Shown piece after piece: positions 1 to 15,617 of a stretch of DNA of 64,000 nucleotides. Location of the stretch: the NCBI RefSeq assembly GCF_009914755.1, contig NC_060934.1. The stretch is one strand, 5' to 3'. Positions within the stretch are counted from its first letter, which is position 1. Each line of letters begins with the position of its first letter. The DNA comes from the human T2T-CHM13v2.0 reference genome, Homo sapiens. The notes beneath the pieces are model-generated. The model was not told where the DNA came from and did not search any database. It saw only the letters and a program-made list of their open reading frames with translations. The position numbers and the translations under genes are program-made.

Positions 1-759
1 TAACGGAGCTTTTTAATACTTCTTTTCTAAAAAAAAAAAAAGTATTATGGAAAAATACTTTTCTATTGTCAATAAATATTCTTTGGCATTTTCAACAAAC
101 AAACCAGACAGGAATAAATGTACTTACAATGCCAATGCCAATGAAATTAACCTGTCCAATCACTTAGCCACACAGATACTTGATCTGCTCAACTCTAGCA
201 ACATTTATGTCCACTGTCACTCATCCACTTACAGTCACATCCTGAATTCTGTCAATACCTCCAACTCCCCCATTTCTGAAACTGTAAATTGCAAATCTCT
301 TTGATGACGTCCAACTCCCTTGCTTCATGTCTTTCCTTCAATGTCGAAAGACGTTCACAAAGGGACCTATGTTAAAGGCTGAGAAATAGGAGTAGCATGG
401 AAGTAGATATGGTGGGAAGATAGCCAGATAGATATGGGAAGTAGAAGCCTGGCTATAGTTATGGAACATGGTTGAGTTGGTAAGTAGAGAGAAATAAGAG
501 TGATGCTATTGTTTCAGGTTGCCAAAAATAGGTTGTGAAATCAAAAGACTTTTGTTTAAGTCTGATGTTAATGGCAGTAATAACAAGCTTCATGAAAGAC
601 AGGGAGAAAGCAATGGCCATAGCCATACTTGCATGAACAGTGAGTCCACAAAGAAATAGAAGAGGTGCAGTGTCAAATATACCCTTAGTGTATCTCTTAG
701 TGTATCTGAATTACCATTAAATGTTGACTTTAAAAACTTAAATCAAGACTGAGTCTATT

Positions 760-1055
760 GGCTGGGCACAGTGGCTCACTCCAGTAATCCCAGCACTTTG
801 GGAGGCTAAAGCAGGTGGCTCACCTGAGCTCAGGAGTTCAAAACTAGCCTGGGCAACATGGTGAAATCCCATCTCTACCAAAAATACAAAAATTAGGTGG
901 GCGTGATGATACATACCTGTAATCCCAGCTTCTAGGGAGGTTGAGTAAGGAGAATCACTTGAACCTGGGCGGTGGAGATTGCCTTAAACTGAGATCACGC
1001 CACTGCACTCCAGCCTGGGTGACAGAGCAAGACCCTGTCTCAAGAAAGAAAAAAA
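760..1055 (+). mobile_element. Alu (AluS-like)
   Basis: Full dimer; TSD aagactgagtc. Confidence 0.92.
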
Positions 1056-2256
1056 GACTGAGTCGATCTTAAATAAAAATAGAAAAGTAGAATTCTGTCA
1101 TGTGGGCTGACATCTACTCACTAGACTCAAGACACTGCTACTCTCAAAATGCTTTGGTACCAGGTGAAAACCCGCCCATTCCTGACTCAGTTGCAAAGCT
1201 CAACATGGAGAGAGGGAGGGGTGAGAAGGTCCCAGCCTAGAAAGCCATAGTGCAGGTGCCCACAGAGCTGCATTAAAGCTCCCTCCTTGTGCCAGAGCTC
1301 TGTGCACTGGGAAGTGACCAAAGCCCCTTCCCTGGTGTTTTGGACCTTACTCCAGCTATTCGATTATTTTTGTGTGTCGGTTGGTAAACACTCTTACTCA
1401 TTTCTTTTACCAAAATGAAGAAATGATGTTGACTTTAAATCTCATACAATGTGCAATAAAACATATGATTTCATTGATATTTATTTATATATAAATACAT
1501 TTAGGAATCTGGGATACAAGTCATAGGATCATTTTGAAATCTATATTATCTAACTTCTGGTGTGACAAAGCAAAAATTTATTATTATATTACTTTCTACT
1601 GACATTACTCCGTTTTTTGGAAGTGATGCCTATTTATTTATTTAATTTATTTATTCAATTAAACATTACTGAAAAGTAAATGTCACCAAAATCAAATCAT
1701 TACAGTAGAATTAAATGCAATTATAATCAAGTGCAATTAAGTACAAGGAATTAAGGAAAGATCTTAGGTAATATATAATTAAATCAGTAATAATAGAATC
1801 AAAAGATTATATGTTCTTTTAAAAACAGCATACACATTATTACAAAATAAGGCAAATGTAATTCTTATAATGTTTCTATAACTAGATTTAACTTACAATT
1901 AGACATCTTATAATGGAAAGGTCTAAGGAGTTTCAGGGATCAAGAAGAATAGTGTATCTTATACTCATGGAAAATTTCACTTTGGTCACTAATTAGATAT
2001 GTGGCCTTGGAAAAGTCCAAGCCTCGTTTTACTTATCTTTAAAACCGAAATAATGGTACTTTACTTGAAAAGTAGTCACAATGAGATATTGAATGTATCA
2101 AACATAATAAGTACTTGAGAGTAGGCATTCTTATTAATTCTATTACTGTTAGTTCAGAAAAGAAAACTTTATATGTTTTTTTCTCAAATCTACTTAATCA
2201 AAGAAGACCAAGCAATTGCAGGAAAAGTAGATATAATTCTCAGTGAAAATACTTAC

Positions 2257-2440
2257 CTTAACTCTTTGCCTCATATTTGATCTTAAATCCTTGCCCTTCA
2301 TTACTATAATCAGAAATAAACTGAACAAACATTTGATTATCCGAGGTGAACACAGTCGATGAAGCACGACTGCCACAAAAATGAACATTTCCTCCACAGG
2401 GTCCGAAGGGTGGAGAATAGATATCAGGGCCATTTCCTAG
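2257..2440 (-). pseudogene. CUBNP1: CUBN pseudo-exon with premature TAA
   Basis: Minus strand: tttgtctttccag|ctaggaaatggc...agttaag|gtaagt, 184 bp. [14 protein letters not shown]...KYEAKS followed by TAA at 2258-2260, where cubilin continues with Leu. Confidence 0.9.
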
Positions 2441-2600
2441 CTGGAAAGACAAATTAAAATTGCATCAACTCCTTTACATTGCAAAAGAAGGAGTACGTAA
2501 TTCTTATCCATTTATGTCCCAGGAAAGAAAAATTATCATTTTGTTTTCTGAATGAAGTCTGTGGAAAACATAATTAGAAAGGGTAGCAAGCAAGACCTAC

Positions 2601-2790
2601 CACCAAGTAATCCCCCTGGTTGCAAGAAGAATCACCATTTGGAATCTGGAAAGGCTGTTCAAAATGGACAGCAATGGTCAGGCCACTTTGGACCAGGACG
2701 TGCCAGGAACAGTTGAGGTTGGATGGGTAGGTCTCTGGATACCTGGGGAACATGATGATCCCTTGTCTGCATGCAAATATCCACCAGAGC
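2601..2790 (-). pseudogene. CUBNP1: CUBN pseudo-exon with -1 frameshift
   Basis: Minus strand: ttctttgtggggag|gctctggtggatatttgcatgcagac...gattacttggtg|gtaggt, 190 bp. SGGYLHAD and [20 protein letters not shown] lie in different frames. Confidence 0.88.
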
Positions 2791-2934
2791 CTCCCCACAA
2801 AGAAACAAAGGTAGGTTATTTCAATAGAATTGGCAACTGGATTTTTATGCTTTCTTAGTTTTCTTGGGGGGTTTTCACAGTGTAGGCAATAAAAATGCTT
2901 GAAAATAAAGCCAGAGTGTAGGAAATGATTAGCA

Positions 2935-3815
2935 TAACAAGCATGTATTGAGCACATGCTATTGGCTACTCCGTTTGTGGTGGTTGTTGAGATATGGGAT
3001 ATAGAGGTAAGTAATGAAGACAAATTACCTACTTTCATAAAGATTTCTTTATAGATGGGGAAGACATAAAATAAACAATACATAATATGTGAGATAGTGA
3101 TAAATTCTATAAAGAAAAATGGATGGGAGGAGGGAGAAGGGTACTTTATTGTCAGAGTTAAGTTGGAAAAGCCACGTCATTGGAGTAACATCTTAGCAGA
3201 GACATTAATGAAATAAAGAATCAAGCCAGATGTTTATGTGGGAGAAAGCATTCCAGTTCAGAAAACAGTTAATGTAAAGGCTTGATGTGGCAGAGGTACA
3301 TCATGGAAGTCAGAATGGATGAGGCAGAATGAGAGATTCCAAAGGTAGCAGCATGTCTAGGTCATGCAGGAAACTGAAAAGACTTATTCTGAATAAGAAG
3401 AGGAAGACGAAGGGTTTTGGGCATCAGAATGGCATGATCTCACTTACATTTGAAAATATCACTCTATGTGCAGTCCTTAGACTGTAAGGAGTGGAGGGCA
3501 GGGAAGGGCAGGAGCAGAGTGTCCAATAAAAAGGGGACTGCCTGAGGCCAAGGAGAGATGATAGGTGCATGGGCTAGGCTGGTAGCAACAGAAATGGAGA
3601 GGCGTGGTTGAAATCTAGATACATTGTGAGGGCAGAGCCAGTGTGATTTGTTGATGGTTAAGTGTGAGACAAACAGAAAAGTCAAAAATAACATCAAGAT
3701 TTTTGACTTAAATAATGAGAAAAATGTACTTTCCATTTGCTAACATTGTGAGGAGTGTAGAATTGGGGGCGGTGGTGGCATGGAAAAGGGTGGGAATAAA
3801 GTGTTCAGTTTTCAA
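2935..3815 (-). mobile_element. Old L2 fragment
   Basis: Purine-rich diverged L2-type motifs (tattgagcac..., ggagaaagcattccag, ggatttgttgatgg, cattttgctaac). Confidence 0.55.
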
Positions 3816-4064
3816 AGGTTACATTTTTTGTTATTGGTTATCTATCTATCTAATTGTGGTACAAGTGGTTTTTGGTTAAATGGATGAATTGCATACTGGT
3901 GAAGTCTGAGATTTTAGTGCACTTGTTACCTGGCTAGTATACATTACACCCAATATGTAGTTTTTTATCCCTCATACCCCACCCATCCTCCCTGCTTATG
4001 AGTCTCCAAAGTCCATTATATCACAGGTTAAATTTGAAATATATTCTAGACCATGAGCTGCCAA

Positions 4065-4270
4065 GTATATATATATGCACACACACACATATATATACAC
4101 AAACACACTTATAGATACACATATTTATATATATTATATACATATATACGCACACATATATACACACACACATATAAATCAATTACAATGGTTCTACCCT
4201 CACTATATACATTCATATGTATACATGTATGTATGTATAATGAGCTGCCATACATATTAATGTATACATG
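4065..4270. repeat. (TA/CA)n degenerate microsatellite
   Basis: tatatatatgcacacacacacatatatatacac... Confidence 0.85.
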
Positions 4271-4383
4271 ACAGTGAGAGGGCAGGAGGTGAAGGAAGAG
4301 AATGAAAGGAGCAGGCATTAATTCTCCAGTGGTCAGGGACTAGAAGCTCATCAGCAAGGAAGGGTAGACAGCTCACACAGCTA

Positions 4384-5090
<707 letters not shown>

Positions 5091-5895
5091 GAAAATTTAT
5101 CTTAGGTCTAATTCCAAAGCCCATGCTCTTAAGCCACTATGCAGCCTGCCTCTCTTGAGTGTGAGGAACACAATTTATCGTCAGTTGCTCCCTACTTTAT
5201 AAAAGGTATATATAAGCATGGAGGAAATATTAGATTAATTTTTAATGTTAGATTGAGAATCTACTTTAAAATTATGTTTTTCAGTTAAAAACATGGGAGT
5301 CTTTCACTCTTCCATGGACTACTTTATTACCTTTCATTTAGTTTGGATTTAAGGCTGTTAATGGACTTCACATGTCAAGTTTGAAAAGTCTCAATCATAC
5401 TGTGCATGATGGCATCCCATATATGGTGCCTGTTTTTGACTCATCAAGTTCATATCTCAAGAGCAACAAACCCTTCCTGCCAACCCTCAAATGGATGACT
5501 TTAACCAAGTAATTCATAAGGATAAATGATGACGTTTTGCTCCGTCGATGAGTTACGGATATGAGCTGTGCTCTAGTTCCAGCCCTCAGCTAGGCTGAAA
5601 AATTGCTTTAAAGCTCTCTCTCATGCATTTCATGGAGACACCTCCTCTGGAGTGAAGATGCCCCACCCAGAGGCCTGAAGCAGGACACTTTTGTACGACT
5701 TGGCCACAGTGCTTTGGATCAGGAATCAGCATTGACATAAGGGGAGCCAGCCATCCAGAACCTGGGCAGAGACCCATGTCCTCTGACGTGGCTTGTGTCC
5801 TCGTGCCCAGAAAGCTATATTAGGAAGAGAGAAAGAGAGAGGAAAGCAGAGGAGATGGGATAACATGGGATTAAAAAAATATTTAAACTCATTAC

Positions 5896-6041
5896 TCTTG
5901 TGAAAGGATGCACTGAAGCCTGCCCTGGTTACACTGGAGTCCAAGGTGAAGCGGATGACCATGTACTCTCAGTAGACCGGATGGGCCCAGGGATCTCTCT
6001 GCCACAGAGAACTGCTAGCTTCTGGGCCAAGTCATTTTCTC
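5896..6041 (-). pseudogene. CUBNP1: CUBN pseudo-exon (end of a CUB domain) with -1 frameshift
   Basis: Minus strand: cctttctttcaatgtag|gagaaaatgacttg...tcctttcacaaga|gtaatg, 146 bp. Reads GENDLAQKLAVLCGREIPGPIRST, then a 1-nt deletion, then EYMVIRFTLDSSVTRAGFSASFHKS. Confidence 0.88.
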
Positions 6042-7289
6042 CTACATTGAAAGAAAGGAAACAGCATGAAAATACAGTCTTGAGAATCTGCTCTATCATC
6101 ATTTGCAACTTAGCCGAAGCATCTCACACATTTTTTTCAGAACATCAGGATTCACAGGAGATAATGGGATTCTCAAAAAGAAGGACCCCTCAGGGGTGAT
6201 ATCATTCTGGCTCCAGCTTGCAATGGTGCTGCCTGCCCTTTTCTTTATCACCCTGCCTTTTTTTTTTTATTTTATGAGATGGAGTCTCCCTCTGTTACCC
6301 AGCTTGCCCAGGCTGGTCTCGAACTCCAGAGCACCCACCTCAGACTCCCAAAGTGCTGGGATTCCAGACATGAGCCACTGTGCCTGCTCTCAGACCTCAG
6401 TATTTTTTAAGGAGCACATCTGAGTTCTTCCACACTGGCCACTGACATATTACACACAGTTAAAATCTGGGTTTTAACATTCAATGCATTGAATAGCACT
6501 GAATCTGTAAATTTGGGGGAGAAGTATGGCCATTTTAGTAATATTGATTCTTCATATCTATGAGCATGGAATGTTCTTTTCATTTGATAGGGTAGAGGGT
6601 GGCAGAAGGGAGAGGAGCAGAAATCACTGGCCACTGGGCATGTGTTGCTCTTTTTGGCTTTAGTGAGTGAGCTCCTGAGATTGTCCCATGGGAGGATCTG
6701 TTGACTCAGAGACCCAGAACCAGGGCAACCCAAGGCCAGCAGGTGAAGTCGAAGAAGTGTCCGCCCGATAGCATCTTATCTATCCTCAGCTTGTAGACTG
6801 TGGCTACCCCCCTGCCCCCATTCTCTTTGTCGTCAGCCCCTCCAACCAAAATGTACCTGTTCCAGAATCCTTTTTCTTGAGGTCCTGTTCTGTGCTAAGC
6901 GGAAGCTAGCTAACATGCTAATTCCTCCACAGTATATTTTTAAATGGAACCACCCCAATCATGAGAACTTCAGAACGGTGGCAGGCTGTGGAGAAAATAA
7001 GACGGGGGAGTGTAAGTCTGTCACTTTCCAACTCATAATTAGCCCATGTGTGCGGCTGATCCTGAAAAAGGTTTCTTTTGCTATTGATGATAGAATGTCT
7101 ATCAAACAGAATTGATGTAATAGCAAAATATTATACATAGATTTTCAGTTGATGCACTCTTTCCTAAATAACTTGGTGTGTGTGTACATGTGAGTATATG
7201 TGCAGGATGTTAGAGGAGATACACTAAGAAGTGCGATACTTAGGTGCATACATTCTTCTAGAGCATCTGTTCTCTTTTTTATGTTTCTA

Positions 7290-7994
<705 letters not shown>

Positions 7995-9082
7995 AGTGAT
8001 GCTATTTCTTAAAGGAGATGCTTCTTGGAAATTTGTATAAAACTTTAGACGATTTTTAATGCATCACAGAACTCATTCTTGATGGCTTCTTAAAAAATGT
8101 TGATAAGTGCCACCTTATTTATCTGCTTAAATTTACATTTGGTTAAATAAGAATTTGTAATCCCATAGCTCCCAGGCTTGAATGGAACATGAGTGTGGGC
8201 ACATGCAGATTTTTTTTAATGGAATACCTTTCCCATTTCCATTTTTCATTTTCTTCGTCAGTCAGCCTCATAGGCCAAAACCACTCAAATACAACTGATA
8301 ACCAGTTAACAAACTCATTGACCTTGCATTTTGTTGTTTTCAGTCTGAACCCTCTTTTGTCTAATTTTTTGCTATTTCTTTAGCTTTTTTTCCCCTGCCT
8401 ACATATTCTTTGTTCTAGTTACCTGAATTTTTCTAAAATCTGAAGTTCCTACCCCTCTCTCTGGATTTTGCTTATCCTTCAGAAAGTTGAGATGAATGCT
8501 CATCTTTCTCTGTGAAGCCCTCCTTTTCATCCAACTGAACCAGCAATTTGTGGAAAGAAATACAAGACACCCCACAGCCTGCAGGACCATCAAGAACAAC
8601 ACCTATGTAATAACTTCAGCAGGAGATGAAAGTGACAAGAGCAAACTTGTTGAACCCCCACTCTATATCACGTGGAGGAGACAGGTGTAGTTAAGTGACG
8701 AGAATGAGGGAACGACAGAGCTTTCTGCACGGCTTCCAAGTGGCTGCTCCACCATGTACCCTGCTGTCTCTGCAAGTGATGTGTGTGTGCACTTGAGATG
8801 CCCCATCAGGTCAATCTAGGAGCGCCATGGGCGAAGTGTTCCTGTGGCTCTGGATCCTTACTCGTTCCAACGGAAGAACAGGGACAATTCCTAAAGTTAA
8901 AAGCCATAGTTGTGTTAGTTCAAAGGGAAAGATCAAAGCTCCCATGTGGATTTGGTGGATTTTCCTAGCCTTGGGCCTCTTCCTTTCCCTCCCCTTCCTG
9001 CCTTCCTCATGCAGTGACCCTAAAGATAAGGTCCAGTAGGAAGAGAAGCAGTCCAGTTTTGGCCTCTTGCTGGATTAATTCC

Positions 9083-9377
9083 TTTTTTTTTTTTTTTTTT
9101 TTTTGAGACAGGGTCTTACTTTGTTTCCCAGGCTGGAGTGCAGTGGTGCAATCTCGGCTCACTGCAGCCTTAACCTCCAGGTTCAAGTGATCTTTCCACC
9201 TTAGGCTCCTGAGTAGCTGGGACTACAGGCATTCACCACCATGCCAGCTAATTTTTTGTAGAGGTAGAGTTTTGTCCTGTCACCCAGGCTGGTCTGAAAC
9301 TCCTGGGCTCAAGCAACCCACCCACCTCAGCTTCCCAAAGTGCTGGGATTACAAGTGTGAGCCACTGCACCCAGCCT
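9083..9377 (-). mobile_element. Alu (AluJ-like)
   Basis: Poly-T followed by antisense Alu; TSD gattaattc. Confidence 0.9.
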
Positions 9378-12300
9378 AGATTAATTCTTAATTGTAAAAG
9401 AAGACAGAAACTAATGGCAAAACATGCTTTTTATGTGTACGTGTAAGAGAGTGCAAGATAGAATATGACTTGCTTACTGTCTACCTCATAATGTTAATAA
9501 TCGAGGTTTACATGTAGATATACATTCAAATATATTATACATAATAAAGACATGTACTCATATAAAAGAGCCTAGATCACTCCTTTTATAACACTGAGCT
9601 TGTTATTCTCCATTGATGGGTTGAAGTTTTTTTTCATATTCTCCTTCTCTCTCTTCCCAGTGTTTTGGAATTTCCTGGGCATTTTTCCTACCCTTCCTTT
9701 TCTTACCCTTCGCTGGATGTCACCTCCTCCCCCGGCCACTGAATGCCATTGAATGCCATTGAATGCCATTTCCTTTCCTCTCAGCGCTGCTTCTCCCTCC
9801 CAGCTCCCCAGTTAAAGCCCTTTATTGATGTATGGCTTTGCTGGAGGGGTAGCACATCAGAACTGGAGTGCAATTTAGAAGCGGTGTTCCTGCAAGAATT
9901 CAGAATTCATATGTCCTCCTGAAGATGTTTTGGAAGTTAACACAAGATTCAGAAATTAACTAATTTTTATATCCTCAGAGGAGAAGAAATCTATGCTTAT
10001 CAGTTTTTTAGGAGATTTGTTTGGTTATGCATACACCTTTTTATAGCTCAGGAACATATATTTTTGCATGTTTGGCTTTATACTCTCAAATCTACCCTAT
10101 TACTTGCTTATACCTTTTTTCCTGTAATTTTCATGCAATTCGTTTTCACATTGCTGCTGAAAGAGTAGGACCATTGTGTTGCAGTGAGTTAAGCAAGGGA
10201 CATTTTTGTTTACTAAAATGACTTAGGCTATAGAATCCTGAGGCGGCTCATAATAGGATAGAGTGAGCATGTGCTTTCGGGACACAGGTTCTCAGTAAAT
10301 ACTTGTTGTTTATTAACTGAAAGTAGCATTACCTTTGTTATTTATAAAACTAATAATATTTGGAGAACTTTGTTATTTATAAAGCTAATAATATTTGTTG
10401 GCCTTTCTTGGGGTAGATCCTTAGATATTTTGCTATTTTATGTTTACCTTGAGGAACATGTAGAACCTTTTAAATGATAATTTGTTTCACTGTTTCATAA
10501 ACTTTATGTTTTTAAGTAACCCAGAACTACTGTAATTCACTGCTTTAATACCTGCTTTGGGTGAAATCCCATAAAATCTGTGAAGCCAGTTTTCATTAGT
10601 ATACTTTTGAACTTCAAACTCTTATGGTAATATGTAATAAGTTAATTATCCACCTTGTGTTTTTGGCCAGAAAACCTTTGTTTTCTGGCCAAAACTATAA
10701 CTACAAATGACCTTTTTTTTCTGCATATAAAGTGCTTAGGAGGACTTGAAAGTAATTAATCACTATAACTACAAATGACCTTTTTTGCATATAAAGTGCT
10801 AAATAGTTTAATTATTCCTATGCGAGACTGAGAAGATTCTTCTTTATGTATAATCATTAAAATGGCATCGAGAACTATGATTTGCTGAAAGAATTGGCAT
10901 GTCTATAATTAGTCTAGACACCACCTTTGTGCTGTGAATGGACTAATGTTCTCCAGTTATTATGGCTAGAGATTAAAAAGCCTGTGCTTTCACTTTGACC
11001 ACGGATGCCCCAAGTCATATTTCATCTCGTTTCTGCTAATTTGGTTTTTTTCTCCCTTGCTTCATTCAGGCCAAAGAGGGGCACTTGTTTTTCAGTATCA
11101 TATTCATCAAATGCTGGGGCAAGGAAATGTTTACTTTCACCATTTTCTCATAAATGGTCCTTCCCTCTCCCATACCTATAATGAATAATCTCACTCATTT
11201 TCATCTATTCTCAGGTTTTTAGTGATTTTTCTAGTAACTTAATTGTAGTAATGTAATATACTAAATTATCTAAGTGACAAGCTAATTTTAATATCCTCTA
11301 CCATCCTCTATCCTTCTGTGCTTTATTTTAAAAAGCTGTAGAAATATATGACATTGTGAACATCTGAGCAGGCATTTTCCTTTGTTATGGCAGCAGACAA
11401 AAACCTCCTTTTTTAAAAAATAGCAATATGTCAGGTTTTTAGAAGCAATGCTACTCGGCTTCATTTTGCTGTGACTCATTCCATGTGTTTTCTTTGGGGA
11501 CTCTTTGGCCTGAGGGTTGGTGGCATTTTTGCATCCTGGAGGCGGGCACAATACAGTAGTGTTACCACCATTGCAGCACAAGGGTGGCATGCCCCTGTGC
11601 CACCTGCTGTCCTAGCCCTGGCTGTAAGCAGTTGCCTGCCCTAAGTCCTCCTCTTCATTCCCTTGCTGTAACTCACCATCCTTCACTGGAAGCAGAGGTT
11701 CAGCCATCAGTTCACTTTTTTCAAAGAGGCTTGGTCCCCTGGCTTTCATGCTCTGGGCCAGCCCTAGCTCAGGAATCACTAGTTCTAAAAACATCCTTTG
11801 GTGCTTCTGCAAAAACAGTTGGGTGTAGTGCAGCCCCCAAGTCCCCAGAAGTTTGGTGGAGATGGTGGGTGGAGGTCACCTCCAGATTTCATGCCCGTGC
11901 TGTGGATGGAAAGCGCCATGTGTTCAGAGCAGCTTCTGGCTTCCTGGCAGCCGTAGGTGTGCGTTAGCATGGTGCAGGGTCTAGTGCTGTCCTTCTGGAG
12001 CTGAAGAGAACCTGGCTGTCGCTGGTAACCATATGACTCTAAAGACCAAAGTGTGACCCCCTGACCCTTCCGTGGGCTGCACCCAAGCAGAGCACTTGTC
12101 CTTATGTTTTCACATTGTGCCTGCTGCTCCCAGAGTCTGTCGCTCCTTACAGCTTTGTTTCTTTGCCTCAAGGGCCACAAGATGCTTTTGCTCAAAAAGC
12201 CCCCAGATCAGCTGCACCCAAGCCGGTCTGTCAGTGCCATCACTACCACCCAGCATCCTGCCGTTAAGGCTCAGTGTTTTGAAGCTGGGCAGTATAGCAG

Positions 12301-12664
12301 GTGACATCTCTTTGTATGGCCACCCTTGGTCATGATGAATTTGCCACTGAGTGACTTAATTCAGTGTGCTAGGGAATTCAAGGCTTTTCTCCTCTGGAAC
12401 GTTGTCCATCTTAAGCAATACTGATCTCGCCATAAAATCCTGTGTGGGGAAGCAGAAGTTGACTAGAAAGGGTTTGATTGTGGCACCCACGTTGAATGTG
12501 TTAGCTATCTAGAGTATCATTTGTTTCACTTTTCATCAATCCCCAGGCTCAGTAGGCGTCTTCATTTGGATAAGATTGATTATTATACTCATTGCATTAT
12601 TGCATGGGGTAAGGGACATATGTGTTGGATTGATAATCATGATGCTGCCAATGAATTCAAAGTT

Positions 12665-13072
12665 TTCTAAGCCAAAATGTGGTTCCCAGAGCAGCAACAT
12701 CAGCATCCCCTGAGAAGTTGCTGGAAATTCAGATTCTCAGGCTTTACCCCAAATCTACTAAATCAGAAACTCCAGGACACTCCTCCATCTGTGTTTTAGC
12801 AAGGCCTCTGGTGATTCTGATGTCTCCGTGGTTTGAGACCCACTGCCATAGAGCAGGGCTGTCTAATAGAACGTTCTGTGGTGATGAAACGGTCAGTATC
12901 CCTGCCATGCAGTAGTGGAGCCACTAGACACCACATGTGGCGGTCGAGTTCTTGAAATGTGGCTGCTGTGACCAACAATAGCATTCATCATTTTATTTAA
13001 TTTTGATTAATGTAGGTTTAAATTCAAATAGCTGCATATAGCTAGTGGCTGTCCATCAGATAGCCCAGCCCC
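12665..13072. mobile_element. Adjacent hAT MITEs (MER5A-like, then MER3-like)
   Basis: cagcaacatcagcatcccctgagaagttgctggaaat...gtttgagacccactg, then cagggctgtctaatagaacgttctgtggtgatg...agtggctgtccatcagatagc. Confidence 0.65.
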
Positions 13073-15322
13073 AGAACACACCCTGCTAATTATTATTGGT
13101 AAACTCCTAAAATGCTTTAAGATGTTGGTTGTGGAATTATTAATTTTAGATCATAGAACAGAATCTTCCTTACTCAATTCAACAGAATTGAAACTGCAAT
13201 TGTTATAACAGTAGTTGATTTTGATTCTTTGTGTGCAGGGGAGATAGTTTGTGGGCTGCTGGCTGGTTAGGGAAAGCCTATTCTTGAGCTGATTGATTGT
13301 TGATTTTGTGAATGTGCACCAACTGTGCAGTGCCGGGTGGCTCATGCCTGTTGCAGATATAACCAATGGCAGTAGATACATGTCCTTTTAGGAGTAAAGC
13401 TGTTGCTCAGGAAGGGGCTGTGCCAGTGTTTCGCACAGATGGACTCTGGTTTCTCCAGCCTGTCCAGCAAAGTGGAGGTGCTTCCGGCCAAAGAGAAGTT
13501 AAGGAGCCCTTCAGGCACTTTGGGCTGCTTGTGGAACCTTCCAGAAACTGTGCTGCGGGAGACGGGGGTGCTGAATTGCCAAGTCTAGGGCTGGCACGTC
13601 AGATGGACAAAACTCTTGAATCACATTCAGTTTCTTCAGTTTAGGAGAACTTGAAGGAAAAAAGGTCATGCCAGGTTTGTTAGGTGGAACTGCTACAAAG
13701 CCCAGAAGAAACTTTGAGATTTGTCTCTGGGGTGATGTGACCACATCCTTGTCACCTTTCCAAAACACCAGCAGACGCTGTAGGAAGAAAGCATCCCCAG
13801 CAGTCCTGTGATCCTGCAGCTAGAGCAAAATGTGACATCGAGGAGCCAGGGAATGTCTGAGTCCTTTGGGACTGTTCCCCCAAACCCAGCAACTGAAGTC
13901 TCAAACTTAAAGCAACTGTCTTTGGCTACGCAGAAAATGGTACTCAATTCTTTGTCAGAAGCAAAGTTCTACATCACTAAGCTTCCTAATTGAGGGCCCC
14001 ATTTTTTGAATTATTTGAAGCCCTATCATTGATTTTCATAATCCATCTCCTGTTAGAATCCTAGAATGTTAAAACGAGGTGGAAGAGACCTTGGAAACGG
14101 TCATAATCCAGCCTTCTTATTTTATAGACACCCAGAGAGGTTATGAGTTGAGTAAGGGCACACACAGCACTGTAGGGTCAAGGACCACATTGCTCTTCAG
14201 TTTCTTCGGTGTCATAGGTCAGCTGGGGTCATAGGTCAGAAGCTGGACAGATTGATGAAAAAGGAACATTTCAAAGACATGATAAGAAATATACTGATGC
14301 ACGCTATTAGGTTTTAAAATGCTTCTTGCTCATGCATCCTATAGATATTTGGAAAATTCCAATAAAATATTTTGAGTGGTAAGATATTGCAGTGGCCTTT
14401 TTGAAATAGCTAAAATTGTTCCTGCCACATATGTATATGATTTAGTCGTGACACAATTCATATTGCTAACTGGTTATTTTTTCTGGACAACTAGTTTGGC
14501 TGGGAGTAGTTTATTTTCCAAGCACTAGGCCTGTTTCAGTTTATTGACTTTGATACCCTGTCTTTTGTAACTTACTTTCCTTAAATAACATGCCCCTCCT
14601 ACTTTACCCCCAAAGTATTGAGATGCTATGTGTGAAAAGTATGGCACTGAGCACCTAATCAGCATTCTCTAAGTGTTGGTTCAAAGAGTGAATACCATCC
14701 CATCCAGACGGGTCTGCATGTTAATTTCTTTAGATTTTCACTATGGCTGGGGGTTAAAAAAATTCTGTATATTTAGGGAGAATATTAGCTGCGTAATTTT
14801 TTTTCTCATCTAGCTTGAATGGAGTCTTAAGCAAAAAATTCACATGCTCACCAAAAGGCTGGGAGAGGTTTTGTAAATTGAATATGAGGCTATCGTTTGC
14901 GTCCACAAGACAAAGCCCTAAATCACATTTAGCATAATTTGTGGTTTTAAATTGGACTGATTTAGCAAGGAGAGTGAAATAATCTCTCATCCTGTCAAAA
15001 AGGTGATATCTTTAGAGAGTATTTAATTCCACTGGCAGAGTAACTTCAGGAAGACGACAGTAATTCTGCCTGCATTATTCTAGGTTTGTGGCTAAATTGA
15101 GATCATAAATTTCTCCTGATTTCACTAACTTTCATTATTGCTCTTCGAACTCATCAGATGAATGTGCTCTTCAAACTACTCAGATGAAGGCTTAGTGGTA
15201 GCTGGAGGGTGGACAGGGGAGGGATGAGGTCTGTGGGCAGCTGCACTGTATATACTTTATGATCTGGGGGGAGAAGATGACATCCAGTGACTTAGAAGAC
15301 ATAGCTTGGTGATTTTCTTTTC

Positions 15323-15617
<295 letters not shown>

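Noticed and set aside
9740-9771. (tgaatgccat)x3, superficially like GGAAT-type satellite
   Set aside because: Only three 10-bp units; local slippage.
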